The notes under the pieces: generated by a model
Databases searched by the model: none
Told to the model about the DNA's origin: nothing
What the model saw: the letters and a program-made list of their open reading frames with translations, nothing else
Made by a program: the position numbers and the translations under genes
Shown: one piece after another, positions 23,419-36,097 of the stretch
Layout: the number at the start of each line of letters is the position of its first letter
Position numbering within the stretch: the first letter of the stretch is position 1
DNA from: Octopus vulgaris
Lineage: Eukaryota
NCBI GenBank assembly: GCA_951406725.2
Contig: OX597815.1
Location: forward strand, 55,428,001-55,492,000
Reading direction: 5' to 3'
Length of the DNA: 64,000 bases

Positions 23419-25926
23419 CTAGAGGTTTGGACGAAGAAGGGTTTCTGATAGTTCTGCGTTCCAAATGTCTCTGGAGTACTCTCGTATTGTTCTGTCACTT
23501 GAAAATCTCCCACAAGCAGAAATATTTAGGATTGCTTTTCTGGTCCATTCTTCAGGCCTTCTGTAAAGTTGTTCTACTTGATCTTGTGCGTCCATATATG
23601 ACTGGAAGTCAGCTAACAGTAAATATTCGTCGCTATAAAACAAATTGTTAAATATATCTGTAAACAAGCTAGAGTCTTCCGGGCTAAAATAGCCATCTTT
23701 GATTAAATCTAATGCTCTTTTCAATTCATTTGATCCATGATAATATTCTGATGGATCATATCCTGATTCTCTGATTCTATTTACTTCATCAACACAATGT
23801 CCAAAAATAAACATATTTTCTTGCCCTACTTCTTCTGCCATTTCAATATTAGCTCCATCCAGTGTGCCAATTGTTAAAGCCCCGTTAGCCATAAATTTCA
23901 TGTTGCCTGTTCCCGAAGCTTCTGTGCCAGCTGTTGAAATTTGTTCACTTAGCTCAGCAGCTGGAATTACTAGTTCTGCTAAAGATACACAATAATTTTC
24001 CAGGAAGATTACTTTAAGTTGATCTCCTATGTCAGGATCATTGTTGATGACAAGAGAAACATTGTTAATGAACTTTATTATGAGTTTGGCCATTTTATAT
24101 CCTGGTGCTGCTTTACCTCCAATTATAACTGTTCGAGGCACCACATTTTGTTTTTCGTATTTAATACGACAGTATTTGGTAATTACATGCAAACAGTTCA
24201 ATAACTGGCGCTTATATTCATGGATCCTTTTGACTTGAACGTCAAACAAGGAATCTTCGTTTATAGTTTTGTCATAGTGATCTTTAATATACTGGGCGAG
24301 TTTTCTTTTATTTTCTCGTTTTATTGACATTATAGTTCTTACAAAGTCTTGATCATAAATAAATGATTCAATCTCCCTTAATCTTGATAAATTAGTTACC
24401 CACTGATTACTAATTTTGTCCACAAGTGCATCCGCTAGTGCAGTGTTACACTGGAGAATCCATCGTCTTGGGGATATTCCATTTGTTTTATTTTGAAACT
24501 TTTCGGGTGACATTTCATAGAAATCTTTGAAAAGACTTGATTTTATCAGTTCCGAGTGAAGATGTGCAACACCATTAACTGCATGTGAACCGACGATACA
24601 AAGGTATGCCATGTTTATTTTCTTATAAGGGTATTCCTCGAATACGGACATTCGCCGAATGCGATCAGGATCGTTGGGATATTCTCTAGCAACTTTTTCT
24701 AAATGTAAATGGTTGATATGGTAAATAAGTTGCAAATGTCTTGGAAGTAATGATTCGAATATGGTAACAGGCCACCGTTCAAGTGCTTCTGACATTAATG
24801 TGTGATTTGTATAAGCAAATGTCTGACAGGAAATGCTCCATGCAGCGTCCCAGTCAATGTATTCTTCATCTACAAGAATTCTCATTAACTCTGGTATTGC
24901 CAATGCAGGATGGGTGTCATTCAACTGAATTGCAACTTTCTTTGGTAGGTTAAAGAACATTGCTTTTCCTTTTTTACTACGTCCATAAATGTCAGCTTTG
25001 AATCTTCGTATAACATCATGTAAAGTTGCTGCTACTAGGAAATACTCTTGCTTGAGTCGCAATTCTTGACCTTCAAAGAAAGCATCATTGGGGTACAGGA
25101 CACAGGAGATATTTTCTGCCGTATTTCTATCTAAAACAGCTCTTATATAATCACCATTATTGAAAAATTGCATTTGGAAATTATGTGGTGCTTTAGCTGA
25201 CCAAAGTCTAAGTGTGTTTACTTTATTATTTGCAAAACCGGAAACTGGGTAGTCATATGGTGTTGCAATTACTTTGTAGGTATCAACCCACTGAAATCGT
25301 TCATCAATCAATTCAACGCGACCTCCAAAATGTACATCTACTTTGTGTTCCGGTCTTTGTTTTTCCCATGGATTTTCGTACAGAAGCCATTCGTCGGCTG
25401 ATTCACACTGCCATCCATTTTCTATGAACTGTTTAAATATACCGTAATTGTACCGAATTCCATATCCATAACCAGCGATACCCACTGTAGCCATGGAATC
25501 TAAAAAGCAAGCTGCTAATCTTCCAAGACCACCGTTTCCTAAACCTGCTTCTTCTTCTTGTTCAATTAAACTGTTCAAATCTAGGTTTAACTGCTTCATC
25601 GCTTCTTCATAATTCGCTAGACTATTCAAACAAATCAAGGCATTTTTCAAAAACTTCCCCATGTAAAATTCCATAGAAATATAATAAACTCGTTTTGGAT
25701 CAACATCGTAATAGTATTGCTGCGTTCGAATCCAACGCCCAATCAACTGGTCTTTTACTGTCAGCGCCAGAGCAAAATAATAATCTCTTGGGGTCGCCAC
25801 ATTTCTATCTCTCATTAAAGTGAAATGGATGTGGCGGTTGAAAGCTTTCTTTATATTCTCAACAGTATCTTTCTCTATAATGCCACGAATCGTAATACGT
25901 CTTTTCATAACAGCACTCTCATCCAT
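23419..25926 (-). CDS. PYG: Glycogen phosphorylase, single-exon CDS (paralog A)
   Basis: 835-aa uninterrupted ORF; [58 protein letters not shown]-lysine motif [18 protein letters not shown]; animal-type N-terminus. Confidence 0.98.
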   Translation of the reverse strand: MDESAVMKRRITIRGIIEKDTVENIKKAFNRHIHFTLMRDRNVATPRDYYFALALTVKDQLIGRWIRTQQYYYDVDPKRVYYISMEFYMGKFLKNALICLNSLANYEEAMKQLNLDLNSLIEQEEEAGLGNGGLGRLAACFLDSMATVGIAGYGYGIRYNYGIFKQFIENGWQCESADEWLLYENPWEKQRPEHKVDVHFGGRVELIDERFQWVDTYKVIATPYDYPVSGFANNKVNTLRLWSAKAPHNFQMQFFNNGDYIRAVLDRNTAENISCVLYPNDAFFEGQELRLKQEYFLVAATLHDVIRRFKADIYGRSKKGKAMFFNLPKKVAIQLNDTHPALAIPELMRILVDEEYIDWDAAWSISCQTFAYTNHTLMSEALERWPVTIFESLLPRHLQLIYHINHLHLEKVAREYPNDPDRIRRMSVFEEYPYKKINMAYLCIVGSHAVNGVAHLHSELIKSSLFKDFYEMSPEKFQNKTNGISPRRWILQCNTALADALVDKISNQWVTNLSRLREIESFIYDQDFVRTIMSIKRENKRKLAQYIKDHYDKTINEDSLFDVQVKRIHEYKRQLLNCLHVITKYCRIKYEKQNVVPRTVIIGGKAAPGYKMAKLIIKFINNVSLVINNDPDIGDQLKVIFLENYCVSLAELVIPAAELSEQISTAGTEASGTGNMKFMANGALTIGTLDGANIEMAEEVGQENMFIFGHCVDEVNRIRESGYDPSEYYHGSNELKRALDLIKDGYFSPEDSSLFTDIFNNLFYSDEYLLLADFQSYMDAQDQVEQLYRRPEEWTRKAILNISACGRFSSDRTIREYSRDIWNAELSETLLRPNL

Positions 25927-26171
25927 ATTTATAACCGATTGTTGAAGTATTATTTTACAATTTTGGATTTATATGCCTTCGCATACGTTCTACACACAAC
26001 ACATAAAGCATAAATATATGTCTATATGTAAGTGATTAGTCAAAAAAATACCGTAGAGATTGATAAACGAAAGAATTACTGGTAGAACTGGCTAGCTTCC
26101 GATTCCTCTTCCTTTAATGTATTTTATGTTCTAACATATAAATGAAAGTGGGAGGGTTTTCAATTTCTTTA

Positions 26172-26179
26172 TGACGTCA
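26172..26179. promoter_or_regulatory. Perfect CRE palindrome TGACGTCA about 250 bp upstream of PYG paralog A
   Basis: Exact 8-mer in a CpG-poor context; function is inferred only. Confidence 0.4.
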
Positions 26180-26639
26180 TAATGATAAATTTTCATTAGC
26201 TATATATTTAACACTCCAAGAATATTAAATATCTGAGGTTATCAATAAAACATTTATGTTTCTAAATTATTTTAAAATTTGATAGTGCTTCGATTTTCAT
26301 AAAATATAGTTCAAATTTTATGTTCTGAATTATAATCATACAGTTCCTGTATTAAATAAACTGTAGCAAAAGAATGCAAGAGATTGGTTATTGTCGTATC
26401 CATTTGAGAAATAGCGAAAAAAGAAATATTTTAAAACAGTTGTCTTAACCAACCCCCAGTAATAAATATCATATAACTATCAAAACTAGTCTTTTCGTAA
26501 ATAATTTTTGTGGTTGGATGAAGTGAAGGTTGTTGAATTTGAATTCGAATTGGTATAGATTGGTATATAACATGAGCATATTTCCAAAGAAGGAGGCCCC
26601 AAGAACCACAGTTGTTTAGGGGAAAAAATTCAGAAAATT

Positions 26640-29600
26640 GTTGAGTACAAATGTAAAATGATGTTTTATACAAAACACAAGTGCACAGTTCTAGCATGAT
26701 TCAGTACTTGCTCCACCATGCTGTTATAGACTGAATCTTAGTGGCATGGATGAAATTGTTTTGTCTGTATCTGATTTTGGATGTATGGTTGAGAGTCATA
26801 TCTGCGCTCAGGATAAGCCAATTTCTAGTTTCCAACACGATGTAGTATATTGAACCCAAGTCCATACACTGGAAGAAGAATATCGATAGACTGATTCGTT
26901 AAATTTGGGTCTCTCATTGTTTCTGTTGATGCTAGAAAGATGTAATGCCTCAACAATATCAAATTTGCTAAGAGTCACGGAAACATTTCTCACTTTCATG
27001 AATTCGTCTGTTGCAGTGCCGGTATCAAAAATGGCTTCTTCGGTTACTTTATCTATGTGGTATTTCTCCTGTAACGACCGACGCTCGGGAAAATATTTGT
27101 CATTGACATCTAAAGTATGAGCAGTTGTTCATTAATTTCGATCCCCAAGCAATCAATCTTGCTACATTGAAGAAATTGGCTTAAACTGGTAAACATAGCA
27201 TAGGCGAGTGAAATTGTCGTGACGGAAGGAATGATTTCAGGGTGCTTTTAAGAAATAAAAAATGCTATTTCTGATTGTAGGTCCAAAATCTTGTCGCGAG
27301 GCAAGAATCTCATCCCATTTCGTAAAAACAGTTCAATTTATTCAGAGCTAAATTCTTCACATATCTCTCTGAACAAGTAGGAGTAAAGTGTTCAACCATT
27401 TCCAAAACTGATTCCTAATATAACACAGGTCTTTTCGTCTTTAAACATCACAGGAAGAAGTTTGGGTTGTGATAACTTATCAGGGAATAGAGCAATGCGC
27501 ACAAGTAAGCAAAGGAGCTTTCTTTTTTGCCTATGAAACAAAACCAGATTTTATTCCGAGTTTTGGCAGTGATCCTAGCCTTTTTCACAGTATTCCATAC
27601 TTTGTCAAGGAGGTTGATTGCATATGAATAATGTCATGCACAGCGGTCGCTACTTCAATAGAAAACAAAAAGTACTCATCTTTCAGCTGATTACACTGGT
27701 CAACAACAAAACTGCTTCCGAGACCAGAGTAGAAATTTCCAACAAATTTTAAGTCACTGATAATGAATATCCTGGTTAAATTCGTTTGTTAACTCCGCTT
27801 TTCAAGATACACCTACGTGTCACAACAGGTTCCAACACGCTTGCGGCAGTGTGTTTTTTACCACACTCACAGTCTCACTACCTTTCAGTATCGTTCTAGC
27901 AATAATAGAAGGTGGTTATGCTGTGCAAGTTTATACTCTGAGTTGAAAGATAGGTGATTTTTTTCTAGTCAAACACTTTTTAAAACTTGTAATAAATATT
28001 CATCGAGCAAGCTTTTGATATGCATGTGAGACATTTTATATTAATTTCATTCTCCTACTGAATAATATAAATAATTCTGCTAAGCTGTCATGCTTTGTAT
28101 GATAATGATAAATTTAAGAATAAATTTTCTGTTTATCTTCTAGTTGTTTGTTGTATTTTTTCTTTTAGATGCCTTGTACTTGTGTGAATAAGGCAGGCAA
28201 CTTCTGCTACATTTGTGGTAGGGTGACCTTTGCATCACAGAAGCGCCGTATAACTGCTATAGTTAGAAAGGCATATCACCTATATTTTGGATGCAAGATT
28301 GGTGACCAGAATAAGAACTGGGCTCCTCACATATGCTGCAACACTTGTGCTATTAACCGTCACCAATGGTTGAACAGGAAGAGGAAAATAATACCTTTTG
28401 CTGTGACAATGACGTGGCGGTAGCCACCAGATCATACTGACAATTGCTATTTCTGCAGTACAAAAGAGTTTGTCAAAGAAGAAAAAGGAGTCTATTGAAT
28501 GTTCAAACATTCCATCAGCTATTCGCCCAGTTCTATATGGAGAAGGTCCACCTGTTCCTGATGTACCAACTTCGGTAACCTTCGAAAGTGCTGAGGAGGA
28601 AGCAGAAAAGGATGACTTGTTCCTGATGCACCAGCTTGGTATCCTTCGAGTCAGATAAGAAAAGTGGTGAGGAAGCAGAAAAAGATTACAGAGTGACCCA
28701 AATTTTGATGAAGCACACTCTTCTAGGCCACATTTCATAACACAAGGGGAACTCCGTGACGTTGTCAGGGATCTGCAACTACCCATGAATAAGGCAGAGC
28801 TGCTTGGCTCTCGTCTTAGGCAATGGAATCTCCTAGCATCTGATGTGAAAATTTTAAAATTTCGCGACCGTCAGCAGTAGTTCAATGATTTCTTCATAAT
28901 GGACTGCGATTTAGTGACCTGCAACAATATTAATGGTCCGATGAAAGCACTAGACACTGGGAGCTGTTCATAGATTAATCAAAAACGAGTCTGAAAGGTG
29001 TCTTGCCGCATAACGGCAATGGCGAAGTTCCTGTGGGCTATGCACCACACATGAAAGAAACTTATGAGAATATAAACCATATGTTGCAATGCATAAGATG
29101 TGATGAACATCAATGGCAGCTCTGTGATGGGCTTGCAGGGTGGATACGCCAAGTACTGCTGCTTTCTGTGTGAATGGGACAAACGTACAAGAGGTTCCCA
29201 CTATACGAGGAGAGACTGGCCACCTCGTCAGTCATTGGAGCCTGGGATGAAAAATTTTCAACATTCACCGCTTACTGAACCAAACAAAATTTTGTTACCA
29301 CTATTACACAAAACTGGGGCTCATGGAAAACTCATTTAAAAATCTCATTTAAGAAGCAAGCAACTTTTCAAAAAATGTTGACCAGAGTTGCCACCAATAT
29401 AGAAAGAAAAGCAGATCGGTTGAATATAATTAGAAACATCAGTCGACTCTTTCAGCTGAAAAGCAAAATTTTGCGTTGATGCTCTTAGTTGCTACAACTA
29501 GCATTTCAACATCTTCTGCCATGTCATCTATCTGACACTAAATGGTGTTGAAAGCAGAAACTCACGATAATTTTGTTTCATTTTCGCGACGTGTTTTGCA
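26640..29600 (-). mobile_element. Highly decayed hAT (Charlie/Buster-type) transposase, split by a Chapaev3 insertion
   Basis: Minus-strand remnants NTI..IDDMAEDV / EESTDVSN (29400-29570) and KSGFV..KAPLLTCAHCSI / FLPRDKIL (27280-27560); boundaries approximate. Confidence 0.5.
27694..29335 (+). mobile_element. CMC-Chapaev3-like DNA transposon, 3'-truncated pseudogene
   Basis: TTA|CACTGG 5' end; NFCYICG...AYHLYFGCKIGDQNKNWAPHICC, DNCYFC, GLQGGYAKYCCFLCEWD, KILLPLLH motifs with stops and frameshifts. Confidence 0.7.
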
Positions 29601-29789
29601 CAAAAATGTTTATAATATACCTTCAAAAATCATTGTATATTATGTTATGATTGGACTGTTCCATACACACTCCAGGAAAATCTTTGTTGAGTTAAATGTA
29701 AATTAAAATAATGTCAGAGATCACTATAAGTATATAGATTATGCACATAAACCGAATGTATCATTTCCTTAGTTTTGAATGTTTTAAAT

Positions 29790-30992
29790 CAGGGGTGGGC
29801 GAACTTTTTTGATCGCAGGCCGCACAGTGCGTCTTTGGAACCTTGGCGGGCCTCATTTATAAAAATCAAGTGAAAATATTTTTAAAGGCGGTTATAGACC
29901 TATAAACACACAATCGATTGAAAGGAAATTTTGTGAAATATTCCTGGTTTAAGTGATTTAATTTATTTTTTAGAGTATCGGGTTCATGTTTTTCGGTTAT
30001 TTGCTCCTATAGTTGAAATTATTACAGGAACCTCGGTTATTTTGGACAGCCTGTTATTGCTTACAAATTGCCAGGAACGGAATTTTCCTAGTAAAATCTG
30101 CACTAATTGTGGACAACCACCTTTTAATATTATGGACAACCATGATGAATATTATACTTAAATTCTAGGATACCCAAAATAAAAGATTTTAAAGAGAAAT
30201 AACAGTTTATTAATATGAATTGATATCTGAAATTAGAAACGTCACCTGAAACATTTATTTGAAAAACAAAGCGGCTCTGTAAATAACAATGTCAATGAGA
30301 ATGATGCAGCTGTCTACTGTCATTTACCAGTTTGTCAAAATTAGGTGTCAAGTTGCTTGTGCTGATTCTTAACACTGACTGAAGATTTGAGTCTGTGAGA
30401 AGTGATAGATTCTTCCCCTTGTTAATTTTCATGATGGAGAAAGTCTGCTCACATATGTGGAAGCACTCCGTCGGTTACGACGACGAGAGTTCCAGTTGAT
30501 CCGATCAACGGAACAGCCTGCTTGTGAAATTAACGTGTAAGTGGCTGAGCACTCCACAGACACGTGTACCCTTAACGTAGTTCTCGGGGATATTCAGCAT
30601 GACACAGAGAGTGACAAGGCCGGCCCTTTTGAAATACAGGTACAACAGAAACAGGAAGTAAGAGTGAGAGAAAGTTGTGGTGAAAGAGTACAGCAGGGAT
30701 CACCACCATCCCTGCCGGAGCCTCGTGGAGCTTTAGGTGTTTTCGCTCAATAAACACTCACAACGCCCGGTCTGGGAATCGAAACCGCGATCCTACGACC
30801 GCAAGTCCGCTGCCCTAACCACTGGGCCATTGCGCCTCCACTCACATATGTAAGTTGATGCAAACAACACAAACATCTTTCTTGCAAATTTTTTTAGATT
30901 TTGGAATTGGGATTCATAAAGCTCTCGGCGGGCCGCATGAAAACCTATGGCGGGCCGCATGCGGCCCGCGGGCCGTAGTTTGCCCACCCCTG
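29790..30992 (-). mobile_element. Non-autonomous hAT (SPIN/Charlie-like) element
   Basis: TIRs CAGGGGTGGGCGAACT / AGTTTGCCCACCCCTG; 8-bp TSD TTTTAAAT (29782-29789, 30993-31000); dimerisation-domain remnant FASTYICEQTFSIMK...LTDSNLQSVLRIS. Confidence 0.92.
30459..30840 (-). mobile_element. Full-length tRNA-derived SINE nested in the hAT element
   Basis: Head GGAGGCGCAATGGCCCAGTGGTTAGGGC...GGTTTCGATTCCC (A and B boxes); TSD CTCACATATGT at 30448-30458 and 30841-30851. Confidence 0.9.
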
Positions 30993-32759
30993 TTTTAAAT
31001 GATGAATAGTAAGTTTACTCTCCAGTTATAATATATTTCATAATGTGTGTTTGCATGCCTTTTAAAGACAATTAACGGTAATACTCATATCTTACGAAGA
31101 TGAACGCTTGAATTTCTTTAAATTGTCTCTCTTAAGAAAGCCGAGGGATATACATGCAGATTCGCCCACTTATTAATCTAACTTTCTTTTTTGGTCAAGA
31201 AATGAGAAGAGCTAAAATCTGAAAATAATAATTATCACTCCAGTTTAATAGTATTTATTTTTATAAATTTAGTCATTTATTTAACAAAAATTATTGGTAG
31301 ACTTTAGTGTTGATTTATGCTTCGAAATCACAAACGTCACATTGCCTTTCAAGTATTGGAAAACAAGTGAGCAAACAATACTGTTACACATTCATATCTA
31401 TGTGTATACGTGCATCCCCACTCTTGGCACTATTTTGTTAGTGAATAGTACAAACTGTGTGTAAAGTATATAATGTATTACTATGCTGAAGGTCGAGTCG
31501 GTGTAACATGAAAAGTCAATAAACACGTAAACAATAACAATGGCTTTCATTTGGTTGTCTATCCCATTAGAACACAAACTACACACAACATGGTGGCAGC
31601 GGTAAATAATTAATCGGAAACTGTGCCTTTACAACGAAACATAAACACAACGAACCAGAAATTAACAAACAAAACATCGCATCTTCTTCGGACAACATAC
31701 ACGACGATCCAAGATGGCGACCCCCGTCGCCGTACAGATGAATCTACATCCGATTATGAATTGGGATTCCGTTGATGTCGTAGAAGCATTTAAAAAATTC
31801 AAACAGAAAACTCAACTGGCTTTCAAAAGTTTCCTGAAAGGCACAACTGATGATGAGAAGGTAAGCTATATCCTCTTATGGTCAGGCAATAAAGGAATAG
31901 ACCTATTCAATAGCTGGGATATGTCAGAATCGGACTGCAATAACCCAGACACACTTTTGGAGAAATTCGAAAGGCACCTAGAGCCCAGATCGAACCATAG
32001 AATTCACAGATACGAATTCCAGGTCCTGAAACAAGACCCACAAGAAACGATTGACAATTTCCTGTCCAGACTAAAGAATGTTGCCGAAAAATGCAAATTC
32101 AAAGATAAGGACGAAAGAATGGGGGTGTGCTCATAAGGAAGTTCAGAAATCCCTCATAGGTAAGGACGCTCTCCAGTTGATAGAAGCAGTAGACACTGCA
32201 AGAGCATTCGAAGCTACTATTAAACAAATGGCCTCACTTAGCTTACAAACAAGCTCACTAGGCAGCAGTGTAGATATTGTATCTAGGCATAGGACGAAAG
32301 ATACCCGCAAACAAAGAACATGCCAGTACTGTGGTATGGAGCATGAATTCAATAACCGAAAGAAATGTCCTGCATTCGGTACACACTGCAAAGCATGTAG
32401 AAAACTTAACCTCTGGGAAAAAATGTGTAGGCTAATAAAATTCCAGAAAAACAAGCCCCAATTTTCAAAGAGGAGCAGAAATAGAAGAGATATACATGCG
32501 CAACAACAGGAACAAAACACCTGAGAGGAGGAATTCTTGGCAGTCGGCACAATAAATGTGCATGAGATGGGAAAGGACGACCGGAAGAAAAAAGATGAAG
32601 CATACACGACAATAAGAATTCAAAAGAAGGCCGGAAGGAAAAGAATAAACATAGACTTAAGGCTAAAGATTGACACTGGAGCCCAGAGTGATATCTTACC
32701 TGTCAACCTCTACAAAAAGATGTTCCCAGATCACATGACAAAAGAGGATAAAGTCAAAG

Positions 32760-33336
32760 AAGGAACTGAAGTTCTTCATCTTTGCTGGTCTCCTCTTTGA
32801 TTTCTGCTAGCTTTGTGGTTGTCACATTTACAATGTGGTGGACCTTTTGCTTAGTCCTTCCATCTCCGGTTTGTTTGTGATTGGTGGTCGGTCTTTGATA
32901 GGCATATCACTGTCAATCCTGCTTGGCGCTGCTTTCACTTCAGCATTGATTGATACAATATTTAACCTCCTGCAGGTATCGAGTCCAAGAATTGCGGAGG
33001 TACCAGGATTCCACAACTGGGTAAAACAACTATCACAGGGACACACAAAGGGAAAAAATAATTAAGTGTTCTTTTTATGTCACAAGAACAGAAGGGCCAG
33101 CAATTCTTGGACTCGATACCTGCAGGAGGTTAAATATTGTATCAATCAATGCTGAAGTGAAAGCAGCGCCAAGCAGGATTGACAGTGATATGCCTATCAA
33201 AGACCGACCACCAATCACAAACAAACAGGAGATGGAAGGACTAAGCAAAAAGGTCCACCACATTGTAAATGTGACAACCACAAAGCTAGCAGAAATCAAA
33301 GAGGAGACCAGCAAAGATGAAGAACTTCAGTTCCTT
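32760..33336. repeat. Near-perfect 236-bp inverted repeat (32760-32995 / 33100-33336) with 104-bp spacer
   Basis: Arm 1 is the reverse complement of arm 2, with one substitution and one 1-nt indel seen. Confidence 0.93.
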
Positions 33337-34332
33337 ACTCAGATGGTGATTCAGGGGTGGCCAGAAAAGAGACATCAGGTGCAGCCCCTAATTCGTGAAT
33401 ATTGAGCCATCCATGATGATATATCAGTGGAGAATGGAATCCTGATGGATGGATCCCGAATCATTATACCCAAGTCAATGCAAAAGGAGATTCTTTACAA
33501 GATCCACCAAGGGCATCTAGGAATGGAGAAATGCAAGCTCCGAGCCAAGTCAGCAGTATATTGGGCAGGCATGTACAAAGACATAGAAAAGACAGTTTCT
33601 ACATGCCACATCTGTCAAAAGTACAGAAACTCACAACAAAAGGAGGAAATGATATCTAGTGACATCCCAAGAAGGCCATGGCAAACTATTGGAGTAGATC
33701 TGTTCACAGAAGGCCAAGAATGGTATTTGATAATGGCCTGCTACTACTCCAAATTTCCATTTGTGAGAAAAGTGAAAGACCTGACAGCCAAAACAATCAC
33801 TACAGTGGCTCGAGGACTTCTAGCAGAGCAAGGAATACCAGAGCAGATCATATATGACAATGGAACGCAGTTCACATCACAAGAATTCAAAAAGCTAGCC
33901 GATGAGTATGGGTTCAATGTCACAACCTCATCTCCACACTACCCCAAAGGTCATGGGTTTATAGAAAGACAGGTGCAGACAGTGAAGAGAACACTAGTCA
34001 AATGCTGAGAGACTAAGGAAGACCCACACCTGGTACTTCTGTCCCAACGAGCGACACCACTGAGAGCTGATATGAAATCCCCAGCAGAAATGCTGAATGG
34101 CAGGAAGTACAAAACTACCCTGCCAACTAAGATCCAACCTCCAATTGACCAGGAAGAGACAAGGGCAAAGCTAGCAGCCACTCAAGAACAATCACAGAGG
34201 TATTACAACAAACATGCACAGTATTTACCTGAGATACTTGGAGGACAACATGTGCATACTCAAGATCCCATAACTAAAACATGGATCCCAGCACAGGTTG
34301 TCAGTAGAGCTGAAACTCCAAGATCAAATATA

Positions 34333-34348
34333 ATATTGCTTCGGCAAT

Positions 34349-34386
<38 letters not shown>

Positions 34387-34439
34387 GTGGCCCCTGCGCA
34401 AGGATGACACGCACATTCGTGAAGCGTTCCATATTTTTT
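34333..34439 (+). pseudogene. RNU6: U6 snRNA retropseudogene, nearly full length
   Basis: TTGCTTCGGCAATACATATACTAAAATTGGAACGATACAGAGAAGATTAGC...GAAGCGTTCCATATTTTTT; ACAGAGA box intact; two substitutions versus conserved U6; upstream is Gypsy sequence, not a Pol III promoter. Confidence 0.95.
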
Positions 34440-34497
34440 AAACGGCGGTGCATCAGCATGGCCGCAGCTCTGAGCTGAAACTAGAAAAAAAAAAAAA
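34440..34497 (+). mobile_element. Retroposon 3' tail plus poly(A) fused to U6
   Basis: GGCGGTGCATCAGCATGGCCGCAGCTCTGAGCTGAAAC then A13; resembles the SINE tail seen as reverse complement at 16795-16835. Confidence 0.75.
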
Positions 34498-36097
34498 GAA
34501 ACGGAATCTGGTAGGCAGCTGAGACGCAACAGGGCCCATATCCGCCCAACACCAAAGCTGTCGAAGACAACGTATACAACACCTGCTGCATCAGTGACAA
34601 CACCTACAGAATCATCACCCCAACGGGCACAAACCACCCATCAGCAGCCCAACAACACACCTCAGACACCGGTGCGAAGCACAAGATCCACCAGATGGAG
34701 AAAGAACATTCTGCCACCGATTCGATACCGTTAAAGAAAAAAAAAAAAGAAAATGAAAAGATAAGTAACTAATTCAGCTAGACTACAAAGCAGAGGCAGA
34801 ATAATCTCAGGATTTCTGCTGTAGGATTGCCACCTCAGGCTGACAATCCATAGAGTAAGGGAGACTACTCATAATTGTCTTCACTGCCAGAAGACCCCTT
34901 TATTTTTTTCAAGAAGAAGGGATGTTACATATTCATATGTGTGTATACGTGCATCCCCACTCTTGGCACTATTTTGTTAGTGAATAGTACAAACTGTGTG
35001 TAAATTATATAATGTATTACTACGCTGAATGTCGAGTCCGTGTAACATGAATAGTAAATAAACACGTAAACAATAACAATGGCTTTCATTTGGTTGTCTA
35101 TCCCATTTGAACACAAACTACACATAACAAATACAAAGAAAATGTAGTTTTTAAACTTGTACTAAGCATTCTTGTCGCATTCGGCTGTTTTAATTTAAAA
35201 CGCGCTTGTTGGATTTATAATTATAATGAGAAAACGTCCATTTAAGCTAAACTAAGTTGGGATAACTTAACCTAATCTGAGCTAAGTTAACCTTTCGAAG
35301 CACATCAATGCTTTCCTTTTGAGCACGAATTCGATTTTAAATATGGATTAGCAGCAGTTACTTAGCGTTAATTATGGCTTCACGGTCCCTGTATTTCTGT
35401 TACGGTGTAGGATGAAGCACGAAGCCGAAGAATTTGTGTGGGCCATTTTCTTTCTTTTTTATATTTTGCACTTGTGATCTACCCCACTTTTTGAAATGTA
35501 ACGGTTTACTCCCTATCAACGAAGGATGAGACTATTGGCTTCTCTTGCTACGCCACTGAAATCATCCCTTTTAACTTATATTTATGGTAAGCACTACCCA
35601 AAATATGTTAGAACACTTTTTATCAGCGCGGTACGCGAACTTCACTAACGTCACCGTACTGACACTTTTCGCTGACCAAACTCTAAACCTAGTTGAAAAG
35701 CCACTTCTCAGAGTAACTGAACTTATTTATTTCAGCAAACCTACCCCCATCGAACCCCATCTAAACAACATTTAACAATTTTTATGAGGATATTTGGCAA
35801 CACCCAAAGAGCAAAGAAATGTAACGATAAGTTAGTGTTCACTTTCGCTAAATCATGGTGCATTTGGTTTTTATTTTCTCCTATCTTAATGAGAAGAATA
35901 AGGAACGCTTGCATTTAAACCATAATCTGGTATCAGAATTTTTATAAAAGTATAGATAAAATTACATATAATTAAAAGTGAGATGCATAAAACTAAAGAA
36001 AATATATAACTGTACAATTATTTAAAAAGTATAACCTTGAAATATAAACCTTTTCATTTATTACCTCAGAGAATAACTGATTGTTAGTTACAATCAA

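Larger units (their letters stand above)
31382..35129 (+). mobile_element. Ty3/Gypsy copy 3, rearranged (RT/RNaseH deleted, internal inverted duplication, U6 insertion)
   Basis: LTRs 31382-31590 and 34923-35129; TSD AATAC (31377-31381, 35130-35134); PBS 31591-31603; PPT AAGAAGAAGGGA; ...PPITNK fused to QEMEGLS... at ~33225. Confidence 0.95.

Noticed and set aside
23419-25926. Bacterial glgP/malP acquired by horizontal transfer or contamination as the reason for no introns
   Set aside because: The N-terminus (I[ST]xRG, FNRHx[14 protein letters not shown]) and motifs are animal-type, and the base composition matches the flanks. A phylogeny would settle it.
30760-30840. tRNA gene
   Set aside because: The tRNA-like segment is the head of a 380-bp SINE bounded by an 11-bp TSD and lacks a proper acceptor stem.
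34333-34439. Functional U6 snRNA gene
   Set aside because: Upstream DNA is Gypsy pol with no room for its own external Pol III promoter; it has substitutions at conserved positions and is followed by a retroposon tail and poly(A).
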